A stretch of DNA of 64,000 bases. Origin: Oculina patagonica. Its lineage: Eukaryota. Below are positions 1 through 12,583 of this stretch, one piece after another. The translations under genes were made by a program, and so were the position numbers. Below the pieces are notes generated by a model. The model searched no databases, was not told the origin of the DNA, and saw only the letters and a list, made by a program, of their open reading frames with translations. The stretch is from contig NC_135771.1 of assembly GCF_052425735.1 (NCBI RefSeq), positions 124,001 to 188,000 of the forward strand. The letters run 5' to 3'. Position 1 is the stretch's first letter. Each line of letters begins with the position of its first letter.

Positions 1-1029
1 TTGGAACCAATCAGCTGTGTAACTAAAGGCTTTAAGTGGAAATTGGTTTTGATGCTAAGTTTATTATTATTTGCTGCTTTGTTTAGTATAAGGAAAACTG
101 AAGCATAACTGGTGAAAGTTGTCCCTTACTTCTAATTTTTTGCTTTTAAACCCAGGCTGTCTTTACCGTCTTGAATGGGTTACCCTGGATGTAGGCTGTT
201 ACCCTATCTCCTTGTAAATAGGGCCTTAAAACAATGAGACTTACAGTTTAAAGAATTTTTGGTACTGCAAAAATATTTAATATATATATTATAACTTTTT
301 CTTTTCCTGAAGTCAAATTATTTATTTATAAAATCTGATAATTTTCTGAACAGGTACCTGCTAGCTCAATACATTTAGTTTAGGGTCTGTAAAATATTAT
401 TCAAAATATGCTTGCACAGTTGTTTTAAAGAGTCATGTGCTGTAAGCTACGAAGTGAGGTACATACTATTCTTGTGCTGCACCTGATTTTTATTTCATTT
501 GAGAGGAAGTTGACACTATAATATGATAATGTTTTCAAGGTAATTTTATTTTAGGCAGCCGACATGCATGGTATATAGTTAATAGGGGTTTACCTTGTAA
601 GAAATAGTGTATCTTACAAGTATAGATAGAGTTTTGTAGCTCAATAGTTTTTGAAGGCTCATAGTTAATGGCAGAAATACCTCTAGTTTGCACAAGTTCC
701 AAAATGTAACTATTGCATAACACCAATTTTTTTTAACATTTTTGACTTAATAATTCTAAATTAGGAATTCTCTTAAACATTATTTTATTTGCTCAGGATT
801 GATACTGGAAAAATTAAGACCAGAACAAATATCACAAAAGTGCAAACTTCTTGAAATTATGAAGTGAACAGTTCTAGAGAGAAATGACTGGGAAATATTG
901 TTAGTATTATAATTATTTATTCACCAGTTGAAAGCTTTTTCCTTCTAATGACCTTCTTACTATTCCAAAAAATTAACAATAAATTATATATTGTACATAC
1001 GATCCTGCTGTATTGAAAATCGTTATTAA

Positions 1030-2652
1030 AGGAGAAGTTCACTCCAGAATGGCCATTTATTTTCTTTACGCCATTAAAAAGTTTATACAAAAATATGTTA
1101 TTCACCAAAATTTCAGCTTCCAACGAGCGCTAAAACCCTACGAAATCTTTCTCTAAAGTAGCCCAAAATTCGACAACTGAATGCCGCCATCTTGGAGCTA
1201 GTAATGTATGTGTGACGTCAAAGAGCTCAGCCTGAAGTTTCAATACTCAAAACTCCTTGTTTTTTTTGTCAAAATGCCTGTTTGTGCAGCTCCATGTTTC
1301 TCAAACAGAGCTCCAAGACATACCAAATACCTTTCACCGTCTTTCAATATCTAAAAGAAAAAATGCTTACGAATGGATTATAAGAATGGGCAGAAACGAA
1401 AAATTCCTGCCAAAGCGGACATAAATATTTGTGTGTTCCGAAAACTATACGGAAGCCTGCTTCGAAGAAGATCACATATACAGTCTCCTGAGTGACAATA
1501 CCCACAAAAAAAGAAAAAGGCAAACGCAATACCAGCCAATGTTACGATTATGCTATTTCACTTTTTACTTTATTTCCAGGAGGAATTTTAATCAACCAGA
1601 GAAACTCTCTGTTATTGTTGTTGACTTCGTCGTATTTTCCTGATTAAACGCGGGTCCCCGATTAAACGCCGGCTTGGTATAAACGCCGGGTCAAAACTGC
1701 TAACTTTTAAATAAACACTGGGGGCGTTTGATCGAGGTCCTGGCGATTATTTGTGGTCAAGCAAACAAGTAAATATATTCTTTTCAGTAGCACTGCTACG
1801 ACAAACTGGTACGGTCTGCTACTTTGGTAATTTTTTATAATGTTCAAGGAAACGTCCGGCGTAAAATAACTAGGATGGATGCTGTAAACAAAACGAAACA
1901 GCAATGTTCGTGTTCATGTCGTCATGACTGACGCGAACAGTGGAGGAGGACGTTTATTACCGCGAAGGACATTGGCGACATTGCCGTTTATGGACTTATC
2001 GGTTGTTTATGTTCTGTTTGTCACAAATCTTGATTGCAACATGCACGTACCGTATGCAATACTGCAACATTGGTAACATAATCATCCTTGGAGACTCAGA
2101 GACAGATTGTCGAGCGGGACGACGAGAAAAATCGACGGTCTCGAAGGAATGTTCAAGGAAACGTCCGGCGTAAAATAACTAGGATGGATGCTGTAAACAA
2201 AACGAAACAGCAACTGAAAAAATTGCAGAAAATTGCACTTCGATAATGAACTCGATCGGACCCCGATTTAACGCCGGAACACACAAATATTTGTGTGCGC
2301 TTTTGAGCAATTGTTCTTTAAATATTGAAAGACGGTGAAAACGGAAATACCTTTTTTTGTATTTCTTGGAGCTCTGTTTAAGCAAAATGGAGCTGCACAA
2401 ACAGGCATTTTGACAAACAAAAGCCACTACAAAGAAACAAGGAGTTTGAGGCTGAGCTCTTTGACGTCACGCATACATTAACAGCTCCAAGATGGCGGCG
2501 TTCAGTTGTCGAGTTTTGGGCTACTTCAGAAAAGGATTTCGTAGGGTTTAAGCGCTCGTTAGAAGCTGAAATTTTGGTGAATAACATATCTTTGCATAAA
2601 CTTTTTATTGGCGTAAAAAAAATTAATGGCCATTCTGGAGTGAACTTCTCCT
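1030..2652. mobile_element. Non-autonomous Kolobok-type (TTAA/AGGRR) foldback DNA transposon with THAP remnants, in an OSBPL9 intron
   Basis: TTAA at 1026-1029 and 2653-2656 flank AGGAGAAGTTCACTCCAGAATGGCCATT and its reverse complement. Inverted arms are ~400 bp (1030-1440, 2275-2652). Each arm carries a decayed THAP start (MPVCAAP(F)C..FHRL..). Internal ~64-bp direct repeat at ~1841 and ~2150. Confidence 0.8.
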
Positions 2653-2750
2653 TTAAGATATAATCAGCAGTTTATATTTACACAAAAACTAACCAAGTAA
2701 CTTGTCTTCAAATGTCTTGTGATAAAACTGAATTCTCTTAATTAAAACAG

Positions 2751-5700
2751 AAAATGCTGGAGTCTATGAACCATTGCTTGAAGCAGATGTACATTATGAA
2801 GGTAACTGATAGCACATTGATATTACCACTGCTGCAGTGCATTATCTGACTGAATTTTCCTCCATTTACTTTTGTGATTTAACCAGCTTTATATATTTTC
2901 AATTTGAAAATAGTCGAATTAATGGCCAACCTTCTCTTACTTCATACATTCTTTCTGGCTGCCTTTTTACAGGGGATGGGGGGGAGGGGGGGGGGTTAAT
3001 TTCAAATTTTCTGGTTCTATGGAGGCTTGTTTCAGAAGTGCTACTTATTGAGGTTGGGCACTCAATTAAAGAAATATGTTTTGAATGTATGTAAGTATGT
3101 ACGTAACCTGATTAGTCAAACAACCATTTAATATCCTTTCAACTGCAAATATTGCTTATTGGACTTCTATAACACATGTTGGCAAATAGTTTACATGCAA
3201 AACAACTTACTATTACCGGTAAGTCAATAAATTTAAGCTTAAAATTCGAAATTGCAAGCTTGTGTCGGCCATGTCTGTGGACATTGATAGCTGTACATAC
3301 ATCAGAGTCAAATGTAAGATAAACAACTCTGAATTTTTATTCCAGGAAGAGTGTGAGAAGGCACCTGAGAGTTCTTGTGATCCACCAATGCTGCCATTAG
3401 TCAATGATCACTACTCTGCCAAACTTTCAAACCTTGCTGTTGAACAAATTGGCAGCAGTTCAGGTGATAACAATGACAAGCAAGGTACAGAACCTGTCTT
3501 AGAAAAAAGAACTCTGAAGTCAAGTAAGAGTGATTCCTCACTCAATGTGAGGGAGAAAACAACTTCAGTTTCCAGTGATGAAGGATATGATCTAGAACCT
3601 TCCAAAGCAATGTCAAAATCCAACCACGAACTCTCAACGGCTGTGAGGAATATTCCATCACACTTACCATTAGAAATATCCAGCCTACATGGGCCACAAG
3701 TTGGTTATTCAGTGTCGCCCAGCCGTGATGGACATGTGGTGCCATTCACTTCATACTCAAGCAGTGAAGATGAAGATGATATGGAATTCTTTGATGCAGA
3801 TGAGTTTCATGATTCAGAATCTGCTCCATCAAGGTTAGTATGAAACCTTTGCTTGCAGGGCTGTAGCCAGACTTTTGCTTTTAGCACACACCTTAAATAC
3901 AGAATACTATGGGTCTTGGGCATTATACCCCAAGAAAATTCGTAGAAGCCCCGAAAACGCGTTTTTCAACATTTTTCTTAAGTTTTTTCTTGTCAATCTT
4001 GTCCAACTGGAAGTTATTTTTCAACCAAGAGTATTCTGTTTAAAATTTTGCGATGAAATCTAGAAGTGGCATGTGCCTTCTCTTGCCTCATGCTAGTTAC
4101 AGCCCTGGCTTGTTTAATGCACAATTATAATTTAATAAGTGCAGGATGCCATGCTAACATGAACTACACAGAATGGCATTGCCACTTGATCTGACTGAGC
4201 TTTACTGACTGAATTAGCTTCACCTTTACCATGCTTCTGCATGAGTCTTTCCTGTAGTTTAACAGTATGTGGTTATTTTTTTCTTTGTAGTTCACCTCCC
4301 CAAAGTAACCCATTCTCAGCATCCAAGCATTGGATGGATCGTGGTAAGTATTTTTTTTTTCTAGCCTAGGACTAGTGGTTACTGTATGACCCTGTACCAC
4401 ACCTTTACAGAAATACTCGAAAATGGTGCCTGTAGCCGTTTTTTTTCTCTTTTCTTTTCTTGTCGTTAGTATTTTGTAAGTATAGTGTATGTAGGAAAGT
4501 ACTGTGAGTAAATATATAAAAAAAAATAAGAAAAAAAGAAATACTCAAGGTGATTAACTTTACTTTACTAACTATTCTTTAGCTGTTAGTTTTCGTGTCT
4601 ACTTTTTTTATAAATCGGGATTGTTGATTCATTGCATCTTGAACTTTCAAGTTGTTTGAGGCAGCGGATTTTTGCAGCAAATGACTGAAATAAAAATCAG
4701 AAAAAACGAGCTTGAGATAACAAGGTCCCATAGACGTATTTTGTTTACCGACCACTATACAAATAACTATAAGCAATCTTGGGAGTACACCACCAAAACC
4801 TAAGATTTCATGCCCATTTAAATAGTCCAGGTAAAGAGGTCTGTGTTTAAGTCAAGTTCCTAACTTTTTTTTTTTAGATGAGTATGAAATAGAGGACGAG
4901 GACAAGACAGGAGGAGAGCGTAAGTCCAACATCATTTCATTTTAATAAATTAATAGGTCATGGCAACTAAAACTACTGGTTGTAATCGCTTTTGTTTTTA
5001 TTGGCTGTGCGTTACTTGGAAACGTACCCTAAGAGGTATCAGAAAATAATGTATGAAGCAACTGTGGAAAATTGAATAAACACGGTGTGAAAAGCATCTC
5101 TGTCCTTACCATATAAGGAGTCCGCTCTGTGACATCACTCTTACGATGTTAATGGGGCAAAGGACCTTCAAATCTCCTTCTCCCCAACCCCCCACGCTTT
5201 ATTGAAAGCGCGAATAACTTTTTGCGGAGGAGAGAGCAGTACAGGGTATAACATCGTGTTTTGTGTGCTTATCACACGGCGTGTCATATGTTTTCTTGTC
5301 TAGTGCAAGGCACCTTAACACGACGAAAAAGAGAAAAAAAGGATAAATGATTCATGTAACGGGGGGGGTAAGATAGAGACTTAAGCAATGCGCATATAAA
5401 TACTAGATAAACTCCCCATGCATATGCAGCATGCCGAGTAGGAGAGATTGCGTGACGAGCACAAAGAGCTTCTGCCTGGGAAGCTACTCAGAGTCAGAGC
5501 CAGTAAAACTTATTTTCATTTTTTAACTTGTGCCAACGATCAAAACTTTATCCTACACCATTGACATTCCATAACTTTCCGTTTGGATTTCTGCGATTTT
5601 TTTCCGATCTATTATCGCGAGGGAAAGTTAGATGGTGATATTAGACGAGAATAGTTTAAGATGTTATTTTGCCATTTGTGCAGTTAACTCGCTACTATGT

Positions 5701-8700
5701 GCTGCTCACTTAATATACATCATGAACACGAAATACAGTTACAGGAAGGAAATTCATATGAATAATGACAATCTTTATTGGAGAATTTTACCTTGAATAG
5801 CTCTAAAAGTTGGTGACGATAAACCGACAGGACAAATACCCAACATTTACTAAAAAGCGAGTAAACAAATATGTTAATTTATTGTCTCATAACTAAGATT
5901 GGCTTTGGAAAGGATTGATCATTGAAATGAAGTTGAATGCACCCAGAGGTCAAGAAGCAAATTTGAGAACTGTTTTTATTTTACTGAGGCGTAATCCCGG
6001 AGGTGTAATAATCGTTATGTAAGATATAAGTTTTGTGGCAAAGTCAACGAAAATGGATAGTTGTTTTCGTGAGCTTAGCCAGTGATCGAGAAGTTTCTGT
6101 CTAAAAATACAGTGTAAATACGACACCGATGGTCGGGCAAATATCAAAGTGCTAACTCAAACTTGCCACAACAATCCACGATATCAACACGTAAAGGATT
6201 CACTCTTTTCTGACCAGCTTTCGAAAAAAACTCAAAAGTCGATATTAAAAGGAAATGTCAAAGGAGTCTGTCGCAATGATTTTTTGTCTTGGTCTTCTCT
6301 TCAGATAGGTTTGCCCAAAATCTCACTAGCTACATTTGCGTCCAAAAGTAAACGATCATTTAGCCTTTAAAGGTGGAACTGTCTTTGTAAATGACTCTTT
6401 TTCTCTGATTAATCAAGGAAAACCTGCTAGTTATTGAGATGCCCTTAATTTTTATCACACTGATAATTGGCCTGCCTTGCATGCCGCGGTTTGGCTCCAA
6501 AACTGAAAACTGACAGATATACAGTACACTAGCGTATCCGAAAAGTGATGATCATTTACTTCTTTTTAAACCAGAGTTGTTTGAAAAACGATTAGTGGTT
6601 AATAAAGGTTAGATGCTAGAATAGAGTCGTTAAAAATAACCTTACCATTATACATGTCCGTCATTTGGCTCATTTGATCTTCATAACTTGTGCATGTGAC
6701 GTCAGAGCCGGAACTTGTTGGCCACGCCAAGGCGGCAAATGTAACGCATTTTTTTGCTCAAATACGAAATTGTAAGTTAACCAAAACAATCCATCACGAA
6801 TTTGCTGTAGATATGGCGAAAACAAATCATGGTAAGGTTAATTTGCAATAATACGGAGAAAATAGAAAGGTACATGTAAAAATAATGATTATTTGAAACG
6901 CGGCGCGCATATTTAAGATGTTGCATTACCACCGGCATATTTCGCGATACAATTTCAAGCTTTTGTTTAGAGAAGCAAATTTGTACAGCAGTGGAATTCA
7001 GGGGACTTTCATTTACTGTAATAATGATACCGTATATTACTGACTAGCACTTTGTTATTATTGTAAATTACAGTTGATGCAATCGATAAACACAGCAGTG
7101 TCATAACACATCTGTTATCTCAAGTGCGGCTTGGAATGGACTTAACTAAGGTAACGTAATCTCAGTATAATCAGTTATTGGGCTGGAAGCAGAAAGCCGC
7201 GGATCTTGCATCGACTAAAAATTATATATTTTTTCTATTATATTGTCTCTTAGGGTTGAGGTTCAACTCACACCAGTCTTTTCTCATGTGTAGGTTGTTT
7301 TACCAACGTTTATACTTGAGAGACGATCTTTGCTGGAAATGTATGCAGATTTCTTTGCACATCCTGATCTGTTTGTCGAGTAAGTCGTAACACATTTGCT
7401 ATTAAGAATTATTTTATATTATTTGTTGCCATTTATAACACAGAAATATCGGTTCTTTAATTATAATCATAGCTGTGCCTTGTGGTGTTATTGTGCTAGT
7501 TGTGGCAAGTTATTAGTTTGTATCGCCCACTTCGCAATTGTTACACGTCCAAGGAAGTCTCAGTAACGTTTGTTTTGTAGTATTTTATGACTTCATTATA
7601 TTCTCTGTGCTCATTTGTGTTTGCAGTATTGTGAATTATTCGGATCCTAAAGATCGTATGGTAGCAGTGGTAAGATGGTACTTATCTGCATTCCATGCTG
7701 GTCGTAAGGTATGTTGTTTACATTATGTTCAGTTACTCTTGATAATCACTGCATCTGGGAGCGAAGTTTGTTTTGGTAAATCCTCCTTTAGTCACTTGAA
7801 CAGTTTCCAGTTCTGATCATCCAATCAGAGAACAGCACGGGGACTCGTCAGAATAAGTCATTAGTTTTCATCATCATTATTATTTATTTGCCACTTTAGA
7901 AGAATTATTTAAAACAAATTAAACAGTAAGGTGGGGCGAGGAGACCTCCAGGAAACCACCAGGCTAATGCTAAGCAATGTCAACACGCGCTTCCCCTGAA
8001 TCGCGGTTCATTTAAATCTCGGAGACGAGATTACGTTTAAAACAGGTTTCAGATTTTGTAGAAGGCTTGTATTGCTTTGTATTATCTCTTGTCAAAACAG
8101 TATTCCTCGTTGACTTATTTGTGATTTTGAATGAATTATCGTGACAGGGTTCAGTAGCAAAGAAGCCGTACAATCCTATCTTGGGAGAGACTTTCCGTTG
8201 TTTTTGGGTTTTGCCCAAATGTGAGACATCAAGAACAGAGGTGAGTGATATCATAGTTACTTTTTTTAAAAAAAAGTAGCGTCCCAGAAAGCCGGTAGAT
8301 TTTGGAACGAGAGAAAAAAAGGCTAACTGTATTTTTTATAACTCATTTTTACAACTTAGAAATTACAGGTTCAAGTCAAACCTCAAAACAATATTTACAC
8401 AACATGCCATAAAGGAACCTGTATGGTTAATTAATTAGTTTTGTGTTATTTTGTAGAAATGCCAAGCAGATGGTCCCGTGCCATGGGCCTCTGAAGATGA
8501 CGTCACTTTTCTTGCTGAGCAAGTGTCCCATCATCCTCCAAGTGAGTGATGTTTAAACTAAATCAAATGTCACGTGTGTACCACTTGGCATAAGCACTTT
8601 TTCACCCGTACCACACTGCATTTAATCGAATTTAGTGACATAATAACTTGCTGTTGTTTTTCTCTTTCTAGTCTCTGCATTCTACGCAGAAAACTTCAGT

Positions 8701-11312
8701 AAACAGATTTCATTTAACGCCCATATCTGGACCAAGTCAAAGTTCTTAGGATTATCAGTAGGAGTTGAGAATATTGGACAAGGTAACGTAAACAAGTGTT
8801 TTCTTTCATGTTTTCTTAAAGGTGAACCTTTTTTGCGAATACCTTAGACACACGATTTATTAAATGTTTCGTGATTTGTATGCAGTATTGTGTTCTTCAG
8901 TTTACAGTGTCTTCAAATATGTTCTTTTGTTATTGCAGGATGCGTTTCTGTTTTGCCATATGACGAGGACTATGTATTAACATTCCCTAATGGTTATGGC
9001 AGGTAAACTTTAAACAGTTTTATACTCTCAGCAAGTGTGATACTGATCCTGACATTAACAGAAGGCAGTGCTTGTTCTGTTTGGAGGCAGCATGGCCCAG
9101 TGTTTTGAAATTCGAAGGTCCTGTGCTAAAGATCTCATGCACCCTGCCACTAACTGGACTTGTTCTCGGTCGCCCCGAGTTCAACACCTCCATCGCACTT
9201 TGTAAATAGCCAGCTGGTCTTGTTTCCTGTGTTTGAGTGGCATGTATCCCATGGAGACAACCTAAGCCAAGAGCATGACCTCTTTACACATATATTTACT
9301 TTTTTTTTTTGAGCGCGCACTAGCCAGAGTGTGTACGATCAGTGAGGTCCTCTGTATTCTTTGAAGGCACATCAGATTTTGCTTGTTTTTTTTTCTTTTC
9401 TTTACTTAAGTTATTATTTCTTCAAACTACTTGTTCCGTACATTTAACATGTTAAACAGAACTGGTATTTCACTGTTGCAGATCCATTTTAACGGTGCCT
9501 TGGATAGAGATTGGTGGAAAAACTAACATAACTTGCGCCAAAACTGGTTACCAGGCCACTGTACAGTTCCACTGTCGGGTAGGATCACCGTCAGTCACTG
9601 TGTTTCCATGAAATGTTTCCGCTCAGATTGATTTCTTTCAATTTTTGCCTCCAAGTGGTTAAATGTGTATTTTTTTAAATTCTGTTAATTTTATGGCAAA
9701 CTTGTTCAATTTCAGCCGTTTTACGGTGGAAAGAAACATCGGATCACTTGTGAAATAATGTGAGTATGATATAAAGTGAATTAAACATAAATCTGCTTTA
9801 CTTTGTAAGTAATGTTTTCAATTGGATTGTCGATTTGTAGAGCCTTAATGTGCTGCCCTTCATGGCGTGAATTATGATGCATTGTTTTATTTTCTCTTTA
9901 GCTCACCGGAAGACAAAAAGACCTTTCTAACTGTCACGGGGGAATGGAACGGACAAATGTTTGCCAAATATTCTGACCGAGAGGTAACTGCCATTGCTTT
10001 ATTTTAGACTTTTATTTTATTTCATAAAATTTTAATGTTTTTCTTAGTTTATAATTAGTGTCATCAATTAGTGTGTGAAACGCTGGAACTATTGACACTT
10101 AAATAAAGTTTACTACTACCACTACTACTTCCCGTGATTACAAGTTACAAAGATGTCAAGTTATTCGCAGGACTTAAGAAAGTGTTCATGCATTCAGAGG
10201 GATTCTTACAGTGAGTTGTCGAGGTTTTTTTTTTTTTTTCTGACCAGTAGCTGTACTTTGGCTTTAGGAACCTGAACTATTTATTGATACGACAGCCATG
10301 CCAACGGTGATGAAATTGGTCAAGAAGGTTTCCAAACAAGAAGAAACTGAATCCAGACGGTAAGCAAGGCAATGGTTTGGTTTGTTATGCGGTTATTTTT
10401 CCTTTAAAACGTGTTCATTGTTTACAATACTAACTGCTTTTTCCCTCAGATTATGGAAAGATGTTACAGCAAGCTTAAAAATCGACGATGTAGAAAATGC
10501 AACCGCCTCCAAACATAAGGTATTGGACTATCCTTATAATTGGTGTACAAAGTGAAGAAACTGCTTTTTAACCTGTATTTCGCGCGTAGAATTGGATAAC
10601 TTAACAAAAAGTCTCGTTTTCCTAATACGATTGATTGGCAACAAGCAACTTTCAAAGATTGCTGCTTTGGCAAGCTAAGGAATTAGACCATTAAACAATA
10701 CGTGCACTATCAAAGGCATTAACCTTATCTCTTCAGTGATATATCCTGACTCAATCCTGGTTCGCATGTTGTGGTTACGCTCCGGGGGTTACGTAGCCTG
10801 AAAAATCGTCGGACTAGCAACCCATACAAGTGGCTTCCTGCTGTAGACACCAGTCTTCCACACCATCAGTTCCACTAATCAATCCCCCGACCCCCAACCC
10901 CAGTGCAAATTAAGGGGTCATCCACAATTTTGTCTTTCATATATAGAAATAAAAGTAGTTACGACCAAAACTAGCTACTAAAACCAATAATTATTTTAGA
11001 GGAATACAACACATTTGTTTTATTTTAGTTAGAGGAACGTCAGCGAGCTGAAGCAAGAGAAAGAAAGGAGAAAGGACTTTCTTGGGAAACTAAGGTGAGC
11101 TGTCAGCTTGTCTTTAGTGTAATCCTACACAAATAAAGAAACAGCTCTCCAGCCAGTCTGGGTGTAATTGGTTTTGTTTTATTTCGGTTGAGTTAATCGC
11201 GTCATTTTATTATGATTTTTACTAGTTATTCCATGAAGTTGGAGAAAACTGGGTTTATGACAAACCGCTTATAAAGAGACAAGCCAATCCGAGTCGTCGT
11301 AAATCCAAATGA
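2751..11312 (+). CDS. OSBPL9: Oxysterol-binding protein-related protein 9 (3' part; PH-domain exons lie upstream of the window)
   Basis: In-phase GT-AG exons: 2751-2801, 3346-3833, 4291-4343, 4878-4919, 7074-7150, 7294-7379, 7627-7708, 8148-8240, 8457-8541, 8672-8782, 8939-9002, 9482-9578, 9716-9759, 9902-9983, 10268-10359, 10450-10519, 11029-11094, 11226-11312 (TGA). Motifs: [65 protein letters not shown] and the ORD signature EQVSHHPP. Confidence 0.93.
3856..4107. mobile_element. hAT-like MITE with 5-bp TSD
   Basis: Termini CAGGGCTGTAGCCAG...CTAGTTACAGCCCTG, flanked by GCTTG on both sides (3851-3855, 4108-4112). Confidence 0.7.
9083..9250 (+). mobile_element. Degenerate tRNA-derived SINE fragment
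   Basis: GGAGGCAGCATGGCCCAGTG head followed by a GTTCTCGGTCGCCCCGAGTTCAAC...TGTAAATAGCCAGCTGG body of SINE type; boundaries approximate. Confidence 0.45.
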
Positions 11313-12483
11313 GTCCCAGATGTCGCAGGAGCAGCCTGGTGTGTCACATGTCAAACTCGCGCGAATCACGTGACAAGCATGCGTTTAATGAGTTCCAGTC
11401 CAAACTGAGGCGCCGACAAATGGACTATGATTAAGAATAATAAAAGTAATGTTACATATTTATCTTTTAAACTAAAAATTCAATTTCGCCTCAAGTACAC
11501 AGCTGCTCGACGGACACCACCTTGGTGTTTTGAAGGATAAATGGTTTTTAAGTAGACAAGTATCTTGTTTCGGCGTCAAAAGACTATATTTTTTAGACAA
11601 TGTTGTAGGTAGGACAGAAAAATAAGGAACTCATTCTTTTCTGTGTCATCATCACAAACCGGATATTTTACATGCTCAATCTGCCTGTAGATTTGATGAC
11701 ATGTTTTGGTCTATGTAAAATAATGGCTGTCAAAATAATAACCGCAATGTATAGAAAGACTACAACTTTCATGGTTACGTCAGTAAAAACTTACGATACT
11801 GAACTGATTTTAGTTTTCATGTTGATATCCGGCTGAAGATATAAATAAATTTACCCTCCGGCAAAAGATGTATATTTAAATTACGGGAATTGGGATATTT
11901 CCATTTCGCCCTCAATAAGGGTACAGGAAATGTTAAGAAAATTGTTGACAATTATTAAAGTAGCTAGGTAGATCTTTGAAAATGGTTTTGTAAAATAAGG
12001 GCATCTGAAATAAAAGTGATTATTTTAAGTTTGTCTTGTTTGTTATTTTGTTTTAAATTAGCTGGTAAGAGGTCTAAGGCTTTTCTTTTAGTCTGTTTTA
12101 CTGTGTAAGTTGTGTTTATTTATACAGATGTAACTTCTTGAACCTTTCCCAAGAGTGTTTGTGTTTTTACATTCTGGGTAGTTTGTAGAAGTAGAATTTA
12201 TTTCGAAATGCAAACAATTTTTCTCTGTGATATATATAACGTTCTTTTTAAAATGACCACCACCAACAACAACAACAACTTTTTTCGTACCCAAATTAAA
12301 ATTAGATATGCATCTATATTAAGACATAGTATTCAGAATTTCTAGATCAAAACAACGATAAAGACAAAGTTTACGCGATCAAGTTTGTATAGTCCGGTTT
12401 GAAGTAGAACCTCTGAGATTCTGTTTGTTTTTTCTTACTGGCGTACTTTTCTTGTAAAGTAATGTGATATTTTCGTTTTAATT

Positions 12484-12529
12484 TTACGTCAATCATAAGA
12501 GGCCCCGTGGGACTTATTTATGTATAAAA
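12484..12529 (+). promoter_or_regulatory. Putative core promoter of the DNase gene (CRE-like TTACGTCA and TATAAAA); retained in every unit
   Basis: TATAAAA at 12523-12529, ~60 bp before ATG 12584; TTACGTCA at 12484-12491. Confidence 0.45.
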
Positions 12530-12583
12530 CGCGTTTGGTTCGTTAGGACAGCTTTGTTCATGTGGGTTGTTGGTGAGGGTAAA

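Noticed and set aside
797-880. Possible upstream OSBPL9 exon after the CAG at ~796
   Set aside because: No convincing ORP9 similarity or in-phase donor found.
5950-6920. Further TTAA-type (Kolobok-like) ends around CCTTTAAAGG at ~6364-6373
   Set aside because: I could not find matching partner termini, so boundaries are unsupported.
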